A stretch of DNA of 64,000 nucleotides from Octopus sinensis (GCF_006345805.1 NC_043003.1:83390001-83454000), one strand, 5' to 3'. Shown: positions 47,150-61,964, counted from the stretch's first letter. Made by a program: numbers and translations. Notes: generated by a model from the sequence alone, not told the origin.

Positions 47150-48400
47150 CAACTGATATTTTTTATCCTGTATCTATGTAACTACCTGCTATTGGTGAAT
47201 CAGTTTAATCTCATTCAATGTGCTTCTGAATCTAGCTTCATCGTAATAAACAGTAAACATTTGTTGATTAGCAAAAAGTTTGAAAGTCAAATTGAGTTGT
47301 TCTTCATTAGACAATTGATAATATGTTTTGTTGGTTAGAATTTTAAACAATGTAAGATAAAGTTCATTTGTACTGACTGTACAAATTTGATATGGTTAAG
47401 CCATGTGTCTAAGAAATTTGCAATAGAGAAGTCGTTCATTATGGTTCATAATTTTGAAGACACATACGTTTTCCTTGGTTACTCTGTATCCTGAGTGGAA
47501 GTAATTTAGTAGTATAAGTCCATCATCATGATATAATCCTCACTCGATAAGCTGAAATTTATATTTTAGATTTGTCAATGAATATTGGCCTACAAAGATC
47601 GTTTGATTTCAACCGAGTCTGTAATCTCACATTCTCATCAAAGAGAATATTTGAATATTTGTTTTTTTAATCCAGGTTTATTTCTTGCAGTTTATGTGTA
47701 TTTTAGAAGCAAGTAAGATCATGTCTGTTTCTTCCTCAGTGGTGTTTGCATTTGATACGGCAAAGTTTAGGGCTTTGACACCCAAGATCTTCGGGATAGA
47801 TGCATAATAGTCTTTGATATCTCGTTATAAAAACTTACAGCGAGATATCAACGTTTTTGTTCGGAAGATATTTACTGTTCGTTCACTACGTGTGTGTTAT
47901 TCCAAAGTGTCAAGTGGATGATCTCTATAGTTTAAGAATAATTTTATCAAATAAATGTTCTCTGATATTTTGGGTTGGTTAATCTAATGTAAGGCTTTTT
48001 ATTAAAACCTATTAAGTGAAGTGTGATGATTTATTTGTGGAGATTCAGTTCCAACACCTATGCATAGATCGGGAGTGTTTCTTTAGCCCTGGTTGTCAAT
48101 TTTGTTGAGGATGTTTCAATTGCTCTTTTTTATGGGTTTTATTGATAACCGACGAAAGATATCTATGATAATTTGTTTGAGTGACATGATGAGGGGTATT
48201 TGGCCTGTTCTGACTGGTTATAAGTAAGGTTTTGGTTCTCGATATCACGAATTTTCGTCTTTTAAGTCTTCTGATAATTATTACTAATATTTCAGAATCA
48301 AAAGCGAATGTGCATCACACGATACTTTTTATGAAACTATCTGTTTTCAGCATTAGGCATTCTACGTAGACATTTCAGTAGGTATGACGATATTTTTAGT
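47150..48400 (-). mobile_element. Penelope-like reverse transcriptase fossil (Naiad-like)
   Basis: RDIKDYYASI (47795-47821), KALNFA...TWIKK, GLYHDDGL (47516-47539), NFLDTWLN, IITLHLIGFNKKPYIRLTNPK. Heavily interrupted. Confidence 0.7.
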
Positions 48401-49393
48401 AGACACGTTGACTTTCTGTTTCTGCTTTCAGTATTGGGTAAATATAGATCTCAACTCTGGTTCATTTATTAATATTGTTATGGATGAAAAGTTAAAGATA
48501 TATATACTTATTAACGACAAGCCAACATCTTTATAATACAACTTCAATCCTGAGAATTTTTTCAAAGTTGGTAAAGCTTTGTAAAAAAAAGTTGAAGAAA
48601 CATGTTAGAGAAGAAAAGAAGGAAAGAAAGAAATGGAAAAGAAAGGAAAAAGTGAAGGAAAATGAGAAGCACACTTGAAAGAAGAGGGGGTTGAATGAAA
48701 GGGGAAGACGATGCTAGGGAAATGACCGAAGAATTTACAGCCAAAGTTGTTAGTTCAGAAAGATTTGGCCTTGGAAGTAGCGGAAGCCTATAAATTCTCA
48801 GTGGCTGATAATTTATAGGCTCAAGTGACACTTTGAAGTTGATATGGTAGTTAACCTGCTAAGTAAATATGGGGGTTTTGTCTGGATGTGTTGATTTTAA
48901 GGAATATAGGTTATAGCAAACAGTGTATGATCAAAGTTATAAAACTGATGTGGAATACAGATGTGAAATAAATAGAGAAATATAGGAAATAAATATTATA
49001 CTGATGAGATTTTATTTAGTCATTAATAAGATAATACATATCATTATTATGATTAAAGTGATATTATGTTAGAGCTTTGAAGACTAATAAAACGTATCAG
49101 AGTTTATATGAAATTGAGTGATTTATAGCGATAAGCGAGAAAGTAAATGTTGAATAGAGGTGAATAGTACAGATAGGAAAGAGTAAGTATCTGTAAACAT
49201 CCACTATATCTACATATACTGGTTGATTGCATACACATCTTCTGGGTGGAATTACACGTGTTAATCTCCAAATGCACTTTTCACAAAGACATAAATCTTT
49301 TCTTCATATGTAGGCACACACTTATATACATATAAACATTTGTATGTCTTTATGTGTGTTCATTTGAAGCTCTAAAAGGTCAGAACTACGAGC

Positions 49394-49441
<48 letters not shown>

Positions 49442-49764
49442 TGGTATAAAAGAGGATAAGCGCATCTACTCTCATGTGTTTTGTTAGGTAAGTAAATTAG
49501 CATCACTACACATAAATATACACTTACCAAAGTACATCTAATTAAATACGGAAATGTTTGTTTAGTTTTGATATTTCTAAGAGTGTAAAAGAACAAGAGA
49601 TAATTCTATTTGCTGAGCTGACATACTCCTTCTTTGTATGTGATGGTCAAAGACCAGGTGTACAGAGATGTGGAACTCGAGGCTTCATATTGTGTTTTGA
49701 GTGCTCAACACCTGCTACGTCTGCGCTTTCTTTACCAGCATATATGATTAATATGTCCTTCTGA

Positions 49765-50520
49765 CATCTTCCATTGGACAAGCTCACACAATATTTGAAG
49801 CATTTACCAACATGGATGAAAACAAAGATTTCAGCATTAAGAGCACCTACGACACTGGATCCTTACCCGTATTTGACTTTTAAATCGGTCATTGAGAACG
49901 GTGACATCATTACCAACTTTTCCTCTGCACATCAGTGCAGTATGCATGTGCAAAGACTGTGTACTTTCAGGACGAGCTCATACGCATCTAATAAAGATAT
50001 ATCGAAACGGGATATGGAGGTCATACATGCTGCATCTGTTCCAGAAGATGCTGAAAGTCGGCCGATACCCTGCATCCATTACTAGTCGCTCTCATAGCAC
50101 CAAGTAGAAGTCTTCCAACACCTGTTAACTTGAATTGCCACGTCATTGAAAGTGACACTGCTGCTACCCGCCAGGACAACCATATCGGAAAGGTAAATAT
50201 ACAGCTTGCATTCTCAGGGCGTTCTCTACAAAAGTACCTATGAAAGGAACGGCTCCGCCCTGACAATAATCTATGTCCATTGGTCAAATGCACCATCTGC
50301 AAAGCGGATACCTGCTTTCGGACCTACGTTGTGTACCAGGTTAAATGTACCTGATGCGGTGAATATTACATAGGCATTCACACGCGCGTATTATCCATGC
50401 GAGCAAACTTTTGACAAATACAAGAACATCAACAAGGATATCGCAGTCCATACATCACATCCGTAACCTACGGTTTAAAGAAGCCATTAAGATGAAAAAC
50501 ACAAACTAGCCCTCAACAAC
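49765..50520 (+). mobile_element. Penelope-like element fragment with Neptune-like CxxC GIY-YIG endonuclease
   Basis: KCTICKADTCFRTYVVYQVKCT*CGEYYIGIHTRVLSMR at about 50286-50402. Upstream LPVFDF is RT-like. Confidence 0.7.
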
Positions 50521-51974
50521 TTATTTGAATTGATTACTGCGCAATAAATGATATGGCTACCCCTTTTCCGTCAACGTATAGGACGATAACTTGCCCTGTT
50601 CTTTCCATATGTGTTACAGCCAATGAACAAAGCTCCAAATTGCACTTATCATACGTAATCTTTTTTACCATAACACGAACAGAATCGGCATACGACTCTA
50701 ATGAATGAATAGCTTTCTTGTTCTCTTAACACATTTGAAAAGGAATAATTTGCTCGAAATATCATAATGATATCTTATCAATGCCTAATTTTCCGTTATA
50801 TTTATATTGTCATTGTATATAATAAAAAAAAAACACTTTTTATTCTAATGATAGCAACTGAGTGAACAGTTAATTAATTCCTCTTTTACCGAGCTTAGCA
50901 CACGCCAACGAATTTATTTTTACTGCTTGCATATACGAAACGTATGTCTTGCAGTCTGTAGGTGTCATTCGGACTTCAGCTCTATGTTCCCACGCACAAG
51001 ATCTATAAGGATATTTTCTTTCCGAGATAGTTGCCGCATAGATGGTCTTTCCAAATCTGAATGGACACAACCGTGTTAAATAGAAATGTACGCATCATTA
51101 TTTTAACCGTCGATGGACAGTCATCCTGTAATAAGTTCATTCCTGCTTAACAAAGCTTATCACTCTCCCGAAAATTTATTTTTGTAGTTAGCGTATAAAA
51201 GCGGCAATTTTTAGGGAAGTATGACCGACAAATTTGGCGTCTGTAATTGATGAAGCGTAACTATGCGTAACTATGCAGAAACATGTCGCTTACTGTCCAA
51301 TAAAGTCATTTATAACCAAGCCCCACGTGGGAATTTTACGTCTTGGACAGTTGCCGTTTCATTGTAAAATAGAAATCTACACAGCTTTGTTTTAATCATC
51401 GATGGTGTATCTTCAATTAATTATTTTCAGCTTAACAAATCTTACCGCAAGTCAGAAAATATTACATTTTGCTGTTTCCATATAAAAACGACAGCTCGTA
51501 TTGTTCTATGAACGACGGATTAGATGTAAGAAGGCTGAAACCGTGTCTTAGAATCCGATGGCCTTAATTATAACCCAGTTGCGTGTTTTTTGTTATGTTT
51601 TGTTTTGTTTTGTTTTTTTGTTTTTTGTTTTTTCTCATACATTAAAAAGAGAATCTTTCCTCTGAGACAGTTGAGACAGCAAGGGCCTTTCCACATGTAC
51701 AAATATACATATACGTGTATGTGTGTGTTGTTGTTTCTACTACTGTTGATTTTTGTCTTTGTTGCTGTTGTTGTTGTTGTTGTTGTTGTTGTTTAAAAGG
51801 ATTCCACTGGGGTGCAAATCATCTTGATGCAGTTACCTTATATGTGATGGAAAAAATCCTGTACCAATCAGAGACACACTTCTAGAAAGATGAAAAAGAC
51901 GTATACATGTAAAACAATAACTCAGTACTGATACTGAGCTCTGCATCTAAATAAATCAAGTAATTTATTTCCTA

Positions 51975-52370
51975 CTAGCAGTATCGCCCGGCGTTGCTCG
52001 GGTTTGTAAGGGAAATAACTATATAAGCATTTTTAGAGATGTAAAGTATAATAGCCATCACAATATGGCTAACCACAAAGCGGGGTGTTACTGTAGCTTT
52101 TTACGTTCTGAGATTTAATAATATATTTTTAGAGAGTTACTTCCCTTATATAATAGCAAAAAAAGGCATTAAAAAATGGGGAAAAATTATGGTAATTTTT
52201 TTTTTAAATCGTAGACTCATCGTACACGCGCGCTAATACCCAGAAGGGCTCGATATGAATCACGACTATAAGATACCCGCTTTTGGTTACACTGCACCGC
52301 AAAATGTGGGAGTAGTTAGGAATCTAAATCGTATGAGACAGACACACAACTTCACTTTTATATATAAAGA
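51975..52370 (-). mobile_element. Non-autonomous Helitron
   Basis: Minus strand starts A|TCTTTATATATAAAAG and ends with the hairpin CCCGAGCAACGCCGGG then CTAG|T. No TSD. Confidence 0.85.
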
Positions 52371-53059
52371 TATAAGTTAAACAAGGAAAGAGATTGACTC
52401 CGTATATCCGTCATTGCGGAAGTAAAGATATCCGTTAAAATGGCGCCTTATACAAGATGTGTGCGTGAGTGTATTTGTGTATGTATGTATTTAGATGGAG
52501 GTGCTGTAGTGGCTCTGATTACGAATACACCAACCTTATGAAGAAAGAAAATACATATACATCGGGAGAAGTGAGAGTTATGTATACTAAATACAAATGT
52601 GATAGACTCTTGCATATGCAATAATGGTGATGAAAAACTTTGATTACTTAAGATTATCCATGTTAGTGCTACACATAATCTTCTATATCTGTACAAAATC
52701 TCAAACAACAAGCAATGGAGATCACTCGGAAAATTTGTTATCAACATATTTATCATTATTTTACCTGTATTGATCATTCTTACTTAATCTTGCTGAGTAC
52801 AATAAAATTTGCTGAAGTGATCTACTAAAACAAAACCTGTACGTTATTTAGCAGAAGACTAGACAAAATAGCTTCCTGCATTTACTATACTTTATAAAAT
52901 TTCAACAGAGTGAAAGATGTAGAGGGAGTGGGAAAGAGAGAAAGAAAGGGACAGATAACAGAAACAGACAGACAGACAAACTGACAGACAGATAGATAGA
53001 CTGGCACACACACGCACACAGATATATATATATATACAGAGAGAGAGAGAGAGAGAAAG

Positions 53060-53339
<280 letters not shown>

Positions 53340-53619
53340 CTCTTACTTTTGCCACCAGAGTATAATAGTCTTCCCTGTGGAGGTATAATACTACCAAAAC
53401 CAGTTGGATTAATTGCTGAATTTTCAAAATTTCAGTTAATTTACTTTATCGGAGTTGTATCCATTGGCTCATTTTCTTTACATTTTAAATAATTCTCTGA
53501 GCTAGATTTTGTCTACCAATAAAATGACTAGCAACAAAACTATTATTCAGCTATTAAGCGAAAGGTTCGGAGTTCATGACCACCCAGGGACACCAAAGCG
53601 GTGCAGTCGAGGTTGTGTG

Positions 53620-53780
53620 GGAAGAAGTATACTTCCCAACTACTTGGCCCTGGGTTCAGTCTCAGAGCGTGGCTCTCGGTCAAGTGTCTTCTGCTATAGC
53701 TTCGGGCCGACCAAAGCCTTATCAGCGGATTTGGTAGACGGAAATTAAAAGAAGCCCGCGTTTATGTATGTGTGTATATG

Positions 53781-53854
<74 letters not shown>

Positions 53855-54075
53855 ATCTGTGTGTCTGTGTGTGTCTTTGTGCCTGTGTTTGTCCCCCATC
53901 ACCGCTCGACAACTGGTGTTAGTAAGTCTCGTCCTCATAACTTAGCAGTTCGGTAAAAGATAACGACAGAATTAGTACTAAGCTTTAAAAGAAAATAATA
54001 TTGTTGTCGATTAGTTCGACTAAAATTACTCAAGGCGGAGACTCAGAATAGCCGCAGTCCAATGAAAAAAAGAAA
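53620..54075 (+). mobile_element. SINE family B with internal (TG)n
   Basis: caagtgtcttctgctatagcttcgggccgaccaaagcc...gatttggtagacggaa...gccgcagtccaatga. Confidence 0.85.
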
Positions 54076-54504
54076 GAAAGAACAAAATAGATTATTTTCC
54101 AGTGAATGAGATACAAAACTGACACATAGTTACACATATTTGGTTACAAACAGCTGCGAATATCTTGTGTAATGTTTCGGTGAAGAATATCTACGAAGAA
54201 GTAATGACGAAACTGCCAAAAATAAAATTAATGATAATAATGATGATGATGGGGATGATGATGGTGGTGGTGGTGATTATCATTATTATTACAAAGGACA
54301 GCTAATACATTCTGATGCTTGTTCTGCTGTGCTATGTAGCGAAGGATTTGTGTAGAAACACGGAAATTCAGTATTAGGTTATATAACGAAGTATTCGTAT
54401 GAAAATTATGAGGATTCTCCAGAAAACTATATTAACATCTCTACAGCAAGTCTATAAGCTATACAGAGGATTTGCAAAAACATTTCAAAGGTTCTCGATT
54501 TTCT

Positions 54505-54790
54505 CGTGTGTGGTTAAGAAGTTCACCTTGCTACTCACTGATTTCAGGTTCAATTCCATCACGCGATGCTTAGAGTAAGTGTCATCTATTATAACCCCGG
54601 GTTAATGAATGCTTCGTGACTGAATTTGGTAAACAGAAACTGTGTGGAAGCTCCTCATACATACATATGTATGTGTGAGTGCATGTCTTTATTTTTGATA
54701 ACCAGTGTTTGTTTACGGCCGCATAACCTAGTGGTTTTTCCAAGAAGACTATGAAAAACGTCCAGTGACTGAACCAAAGAGATATTGGAG
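54505..54790 (+). mobile_element. SINE family B, highly diverged
   Basis: gtgtggttaagaag...tttggtaaacagaaactgtgtggaagc...gtccagtgactgaac. Confidence 0.6.
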
Positions 54791-55113
54791 GAGCCGATGT
54801 GCGTTTATACATGCAGATGGACATTGCACACGCATTCAAACGCATACATATTCTGTGTGTGTGTGTCTGTATGTCTGTGTGTCTGTGTGTGTGTGTGTTG
54901 TGTGTGTGTGTGCGTGTGTGTGTGTGCACGTACTCGTTCGTGTGTCGACCCTCTTTACTCAAACAAGTTAACTTTGTGAACAGCTAGAGATCAACTTTTA
55001 TTGCAAGGCAGTCATAAAGTTGTAGATAAATTTTAAGAAGATCCATGCGTAGGTACGAATACTAGTCTTACATAGACAGGTGTTTTAAGACAGAATATTA
55101 ATTATTTGGCAAA

Positions 55114-55116
<3 letters not shown>

Positions 55117-55160
<44 letters not shown>
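55117..55160. repeat. (AAT)n microsatellite
   Basis: Direct reading. Confidence 0.95.
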
Positions 55161-55181
<21 letters not shown>

Positions 55182-55468
55182 TGATATCTTAAATATTAAT
55201 TGGTTGCTATTCTTTATGTGAGTACATTTCTACTATTTAATAATACTGCTGCTAGATATATCAAGCTTACCACGTTCTTTCAATACAGATGCATCCATTA
55301 TATTGGGAATATAAAAGCTATTATTCAATAAATATGTATTTAAGTATTTCTACAACAGTTGAGATTTTTATGTCTTGCGTCTGAGAATTTGAAATTTACA
55401 AAGGTACACAAGTAAGTCTTACAAGCATACAAATGCCTCTTGGTGACTGAGTGTCAGTACATATACAT

Positions 55469-55534
<66 letters not shown>

Positions 55535-55556
55535 GTACATATATATATATATCATT

Positions 55557-55587
<31 letters not shown>

Positions 55588-55920
55588 CATTACTATTGTA
55601 AATATGAGTAATAAATTAAAATAATTTATTACCAGTAGACATAGATAGATAAATACATACATACATATATATATATAGAAAAAGAAGGTCAAAGTAGAAA
55701 ATGCTGAAATAAATTTATTAATTTGAATACTATGCAAATATTCTTTCAAAACACTTTTGTTTTAATTTTTCCTAAATTTAATTGTTTTCCACAATTGCAG
55801 TTGAAAAAGTCTGAATGACTGAAACCGGTACTGAAATGTTTTTTATAAAATTATTTTAGCATTTTCTACCTTGACCTTTTTACTATATATCAACTCGTGT
55901 GTTCCTTTTCACTTTATATA

Positions 55921-55972
<52 letters not shown>

Positions 55973-56319
55973 CATATAGATGCACGTTTATACATGTTTA
56001 TGTGATTATTCATATAGATACATACAGATACAGGTATACACACATACGACAGTATCGAAGAGGAAGGTTGAATGTTCAACACCGCACTTGATGGATAACA
56101 TGCTTTGGTAGTCTCCAAAATGGTGACGGTTACCAACATTTTGAATGGACACTTGAACAATTGTGAAAATCTTTTCCACATGAAACCATTGGTAACACAT
56201 TTAATCCCCAAATAAAATAAGTATCTATATCTATGCACGCATGTATATATATATATATATATATATCTATATATATATATATATATAATATTTTTCTCTC
56301 CTTGTTTTTTCTGTATCCC

Positions 56320-56435
56320 TTTCTGTAGAAGGGCGTAGGCTCGAACGTAAAAGACTTTTTCTATTCCTGAGCGTTATACTAATACATATGTTTGTTTTGT
56401 ACACCACCTGTCTTCGTCTTTCGTTTTTTTTCGTA
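56320..56435 (+). repeat. Putative PLE terminal segment of the same family as 200-325 and 41165-41250
   Basis: gaagggcgtaggctcgaacgtaaaagac...gagcgttatactaatacatatgtttgtt, followed by (TA)n. Confidence 0.6.
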
Positions 56436-56443
56436 AAATCTCC

Positions 56444-56512
<69 letters not shown>

Positions 56513-58158
56513 TATACATATATATACATATATATATATATATATACGTAGTATATGGTGTGTGTCTGTGTGTGTGTACAGAACCATACCGAGTTGTCTA
56601 TTTTGCATGATTAAAAGAAGCCACATAATAGTTATTGTGAGTAAATTCTTGGGAAGTTGCTGCCGTGTTTCAAATAACTTTTCCACTACAAAACCTTCAA
56701 AAAAGGTTATAAAAATGGAAACATTCTTCCGATACTTCCATTATAATAAGAAGGTGTAAATATTTAAAAGAACTTTTATGTCATCCCTTAATTTTCTAAC
56801 CATTAGGTTTCTGTTTGTCCTACACTTAAAACGTAATTCCGAAAGATATATTTGTCTTTTTCTCTTTCATGCTTGGGTTTTTAAGGCAACTGCTTTTGAT
56901 AATAGTATGCCACGTCAGTAAAGAATATTATGTTTTGGTAAAAATGTTTAGAACTATTTGTCTGTCTATCAATCTATCTATTTTACACTTTGCAGTAAGT
57001 TATCTATTGAGTTACTTCAAAGGGAACTTAGATTTTCTTTTAAATATTTGCATCTTATAATTGTAGTTAGGAGTAAAGAAAGTGTTGTAATGTGGATCCT
57101 CGTACACTTGTATGATATTATCGGCACTGTAATATTCTTGTCGCCACTTTTATGTTGTTGCGGTATTCTGCGTCTTATTATTTTTGACTCGTCTGTCGCG
57201 CTATTTCTGATAGTTGCGCAAGACAATGACTTTGAAAGGTCTACCTTGACAGTAACTCGAACTCGTATATATCACGTACTGACACTGACTCCAACTGAGA
57301 ACTCGTACAACGACTCTACTACTACTGACCTTCTACAACGACTGACAGTCTGACTTTGTCACGTGGGAAGAGGAGTACCATTGCTTTTTGCTTTTTGAGA
57401 AGCAAATAATTTTATTTTACTTTATTCACCTTTCCTCCATTTAACGGCTTTTAAAATTTTTTTTCCAGCTTAATAGTTTTTCTTTTTGGCGTCTATTTGT
57501 AGTAACTCTTTTTTCTTCCTTTTTCTTTCACTTGTACGCGTGAGTTCAACCACCTGTAACGGTATTGGTACCTGGAGTGTGTCATACAGCCATTTCATAG
57601 GTTCTTCTGTTCTGGTTCATTTTCTTTGAATCGCTTCTTCAATTGGTTTGTCTTTTTGCAACACCTTTCCTGCTTCTTATTCTGTACATCCTTTTTTCTA
57701 TATACTTCGTAATTTTGCCTTCTTCCCACTACTGCTTTGCGTTTTTATACGACCTCATATACACCTTATCACCAATTTTTTTCACTTGGCAATAGCGTAC
57801 TTGTTGGGTCCGTTCTCATGCCTACAGCTGCTATTGCTTCTGCCAATGGTCTTACCAGGGTTCGCTATGCATGAACAACCTGCCTCTTCCTGTGCCTTAG
57901 GGGCGCTAACTAAGATGTTCTTAATATTGGGGCACAGCTAAACGAGACCCTAATGTTATGCCTCTTGAAAATGGGCACACACCTATAGGAGCTAGTGAAA
58001 TGCTTGTCTATTAATTTAAGGAACAGTCTACCTACGGGCGTTGTTGTGTTAAAGGAGAAGGGGGTGAAAATCAATTGGTATTTCTGCGGAGCTTCCTTCT
58101 GTTATTGTAAGGGAGAATCGCCATCAACACCAGCCTTCCCAATAGCTTCCCTAACGTC

Positions 58159-58302
58159 CACAGCCGGAAGTTGATAGCCAATGACAAAGGAAAATAATCC
58201 CCTATTGTTTACCTTCGTAGCCTTTTGGATACCGTAAAATGGCAGGCACAGTCGGAAGTCGATCACCAATGGCAAAGGGAGATAATCCCCTATTGTTTAC
58301 CT
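58159..58302. promoter_or_regulatory. Two 56-bp direct repeats, each with CGGAAGT, CCAAT and TGTTTAC motifs
   Basis: 58159-58214 vs 58247-58302, 49/56 identical; AAAATGGC lies between them. Regulatory function is inferred only. Confidence 0.4.
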
Positions 58303-58518
58303 CATATGGAGAGGCTTTCCCCCCTCCATATTTTGAAGGGATATTAGGCCAGCAGGTTTTGGAGTCTGACGATACGCCATAAAGCTAAAACCTTTATAGA
58401 CGGGAAATCCAGCGTAATCCCATAAACCGGCCTTCCCCATTTTAAAAAATATGCACTGCTCTCACATGCACATATGTATACATGCAGACATACATACACA
58501 CATAAATACATACATACA

Positions 58519-58549
<31 letters not shown>

Positions 58550-59360
58550 GTGCGTGTATGTGTGTGTATGTGTTTGTATGTGTTTGTATATGTATGTTTG
58601 TTAGTGTCTGTATGTGTGTGTGTGTATTTAATATTTCTGTTAGTACTATTGCAAACTGCGTGGTTACATTACAAGTGTAGGATTTACCTTCTTAATCTGC
58701 AACTGATCCCATCACCTTTAAAATGGTCTAAAAGAGTTTATTTTTCTTTCTTTACAAACGATCGTAATCTTATTCTCAAACGATTTCTCCTTATACCTCT
58801 GTGCTATTGCACTTCTGATTAATATTAGTCTATTAGATGTAACTATTGAGAATTTGAGCCGTTGGATTTTCTTATCAAGATCTTCTCTTCTTTAAAGATT
58901 GGTGTAGTAGCTTCCCTGGTTTCCATAAAGCAGATCTTATATTTCAATAACGAACTATGACAGCCAGACTCATATAATTTAGAGATTATGTGAGTGTTTA
59001 TCACTGCATCATTACATTCAAGTAAAATTGATCTCTTTGCTTAGTGATTGATTAAATCTTATTCTGATCAGAAATTCATTAAAGTAATTGCAAATATCCC
59101 TTCTAGCTTTCGTGAATCGAAAAGTATCACTTTAGACACCGTTGTTGTTTAATATCAGGTCAACTCTGATTAACCAACTTATAATCAAAGACCATCTCGT
59201 TTGCGTTTTTTTTTTTTTCAAACAAACGTAATGTATCTACAACTACATTAGCCAAAGCACCCTTTACTTTTTAAGGTAAATGTCCTTGCTACTTCTTGAA
59301 ACACCAGCGACCGCATAGAGGCTCTCATTACTTTGTGTTTGGTTACCTGTGTGTGTGTGT

Positions 59361-59399
<39 letters not shown>

Positions 59400-60506
59400 T
59401 GTGTGTTTGTGCTTGTGTGTGTGTGTGTCTGTGTATGTGTGTGTGTGTGCATGATGGTAGGGATGATTTGTCGTCATCTTTCATATCAACTGCAACAACA
59501 ATGTTGTTGTTGATGATGATGATGATGATGATTTAATTTACCACAAGGATATCTGGCGGAGAGAACATTGCAAAGACAGTTTAAAATTTATATAGGAACA
59601 AAGAAATTAAAAAAAAAACGAAAGGTGAGTTAAGATAAGATGATAATATAGTATACAAAATGCATGAACTCCTGATACAAGAACAACACCCATTGTCGGC
59701 CTCCCATAGATCTAGGATCACTTTGATTACCATTGGCATTAGCCCTCGTCCAACTGTTGTTCTCCGCTCTAAGGGCGAATGCTTAAAGTAGTTCCATTTA
59801 CTGTGGAAATTTTTGCTGCAGTCATCAACCTTTTGAAGCTGGAACAATATAAGAAGCATGTAGTCAAACATCGCGGGAAAAATTACGCCCATAACTTGAA
59901 AAACCAAATTTGTTTCTGCGAAGAAGTATTTAATAGATTCTCCGGTCATATCACATTGGAAACACCGGGTTCTCATCTGATCACCGAGTGAAGCAATGTC
60001 GAGCCTAGTTACTATTTACACGGGTCACCGCTTTGAAAACCCAGCATAACCGCAGTCTAATGACTGAAGCATGTAAAACTAAAATATAAAAGATTCGACA
60101 TTCACCACAGATAGTTCATTCACAAAGCAGAATCAAATAAGACAAAAATTAGTAATCAATGTGACGGAACAGAATTTGAAATTATATGCTGTAAACTACA
60201 TCAACTGAAACAAGAACTTACAGTTGATGTAATGTTCGCTAAAAATAAACCATGAATCAACGAAAACAGTTCAAGTTCTGTAAGCGACAGAAAAATTATA
60301 TGAAAGTTTGTGAAAGAAAGAAAGAAACTATATGAATGTAAGAGCTGAAGCAAGGTTGCAATAAACATGTCGAATAAAGTAATAGAATGACAGTGAGAAA
60401 GATCCTTAAAGAAAGTGCCATACAAAACATCCTAGAGCATATTTTTTTATAACGAAATATTAACTCAAAAACCTCACATTTTTAAGTCCTTTTTCACACT
60501 GTATAT

Positions 60507-60887
60507 GGAAGCACTCCGTCGGTTACGACGACGAGAGTTCCGGTTGATCCAAATCAACGGAACAGCCTGCTCGTGAAATTAACGTGTAAGTGGCTGAGCA
60601 CTCCACAGACACGTGTACCCTTAACGTAGTTCTCGGGGATATTCAGCGTGACACAGAGAGTGACAAGGCCGGCCCTTTGAAATACAGGTACAACAGAAAC
60701 AGGAAGTAAGAGTGTGAGAAAGTTGTGGTGAAAGAGTACAGCAGGGATCACCACCATCCCCTGCCGGAGCCTCGTGGAGCTTTAGGTGTTTTCGCTCAAT
60801 AAGCACTCACAACGCCCGGTCTGGGAATCGAAACCGCGATCCTATGACCGCGAGTCCGCTGCCCTAACCACTGGGCCATTGCGCCTC
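60507..60887 (-). mobile_element. tRNA-derived SINE, family C, with 12-bp TSD
   Basis: Head ggaggcgcaatggcccagtggttagggcagcggactcgcggtc. TSD cacactgtatat at 60495-60506 and 60888-60899. Confidence 0.92.
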
Positions 60888-61964
60888 CACACTGTATATA
60901 ATGGGTAGTACAAACTAGCAGTCAGCTTCACTTACTCTTCCCATTCGAAAGAATAGCCAAGTTACTGTCTGAGCATCGTTTATAAGATACACACCGAGGA
61001 CCACAAGGTCTGTAATACATGAGCAATTTGTAACACCTGAGCAATACTGTAACACATGAGCAAAGTAGGAGTGGAAGAAAAGAAGAATGGTTGCGTGTAC
61101 AGAATGCTGTATAATACCAGAAATGATTCAGGAACAGTAAAGAACAGCAGAAACGTTGTGACTATAGTGTGGTCAGAGTATTAGAGAGCTTTCGATAATG
61201 TATCACACAGGCTGATTATCACTGAATCGCAGTTAGCCAGAGTCACACAACTAATAATATCTACTATTCATAACCTAATGACGACACCTTACTTCCGAGA
61301 GGTGAGAACAGACAAATTAAATCTAATGTAATACATTAGCAAACAAAGACATTTGTAATGCGATAGCTTGTCAGTGTCGCTATTTGTTTTCTCGTTAATA
61401 TAGAAACATGATATTTGTGGAAATCGATATTCTCAATCTAGAAACATCCCTCGCCTTTACTTTGTGGATTTTTTCAAGTTGTATGAGTCGCGTATTAACC
61501 ATAAAAACAAATAAATGGATCTCATTATCCAATATTTCACAGACACTGAAACGAAGTTTAGCAGTCCAAATGTGTACGTTGGGTGATAAGATGAAGAAAA
61601 AGTTTGTTCTGCAAAGAAAACTTAAAGTTGAACGGGCATAAAAAAGATATTCGGCTAAATGAGAACTACAAATATCTTGAGCAGAATGAGAATTTCAAAT
61701 ACGATGGACCCGTTTGAAAGAAGTAAAGAAATGACTACCTCATGAGAATAAGGAAAATATGATCTTCAGGTCTGCACAAGAATCACTCTCTCAAAATCGT
61801 AGTAGTTCTTATAATTTTGTCTTTTGAAACGGTTGCACAAAAAAATTAATGTAGGAAATCATCAAATCACAATGTGACACTTTAATTAAGGAAAGAACAT
61901 CTAAGACGATGTAGTTCTACTTTGCCTTCTAAAGACGGGATGATCACAACAGGAACGTCTTTCA

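Noticed and set aside
56580-57250. Possible second Naiad-like RT N-terminal fossil on the minus strand
   Set aside because: Only faint motif resemblance across several frames; not supportable without a profile search.
59581-59991. Overlapping 131-aa and 70-aa ORFs in non-microsatellite sequence
   Set aside because: No recognisable motif or splice structure; the lengths are compatible with chance.
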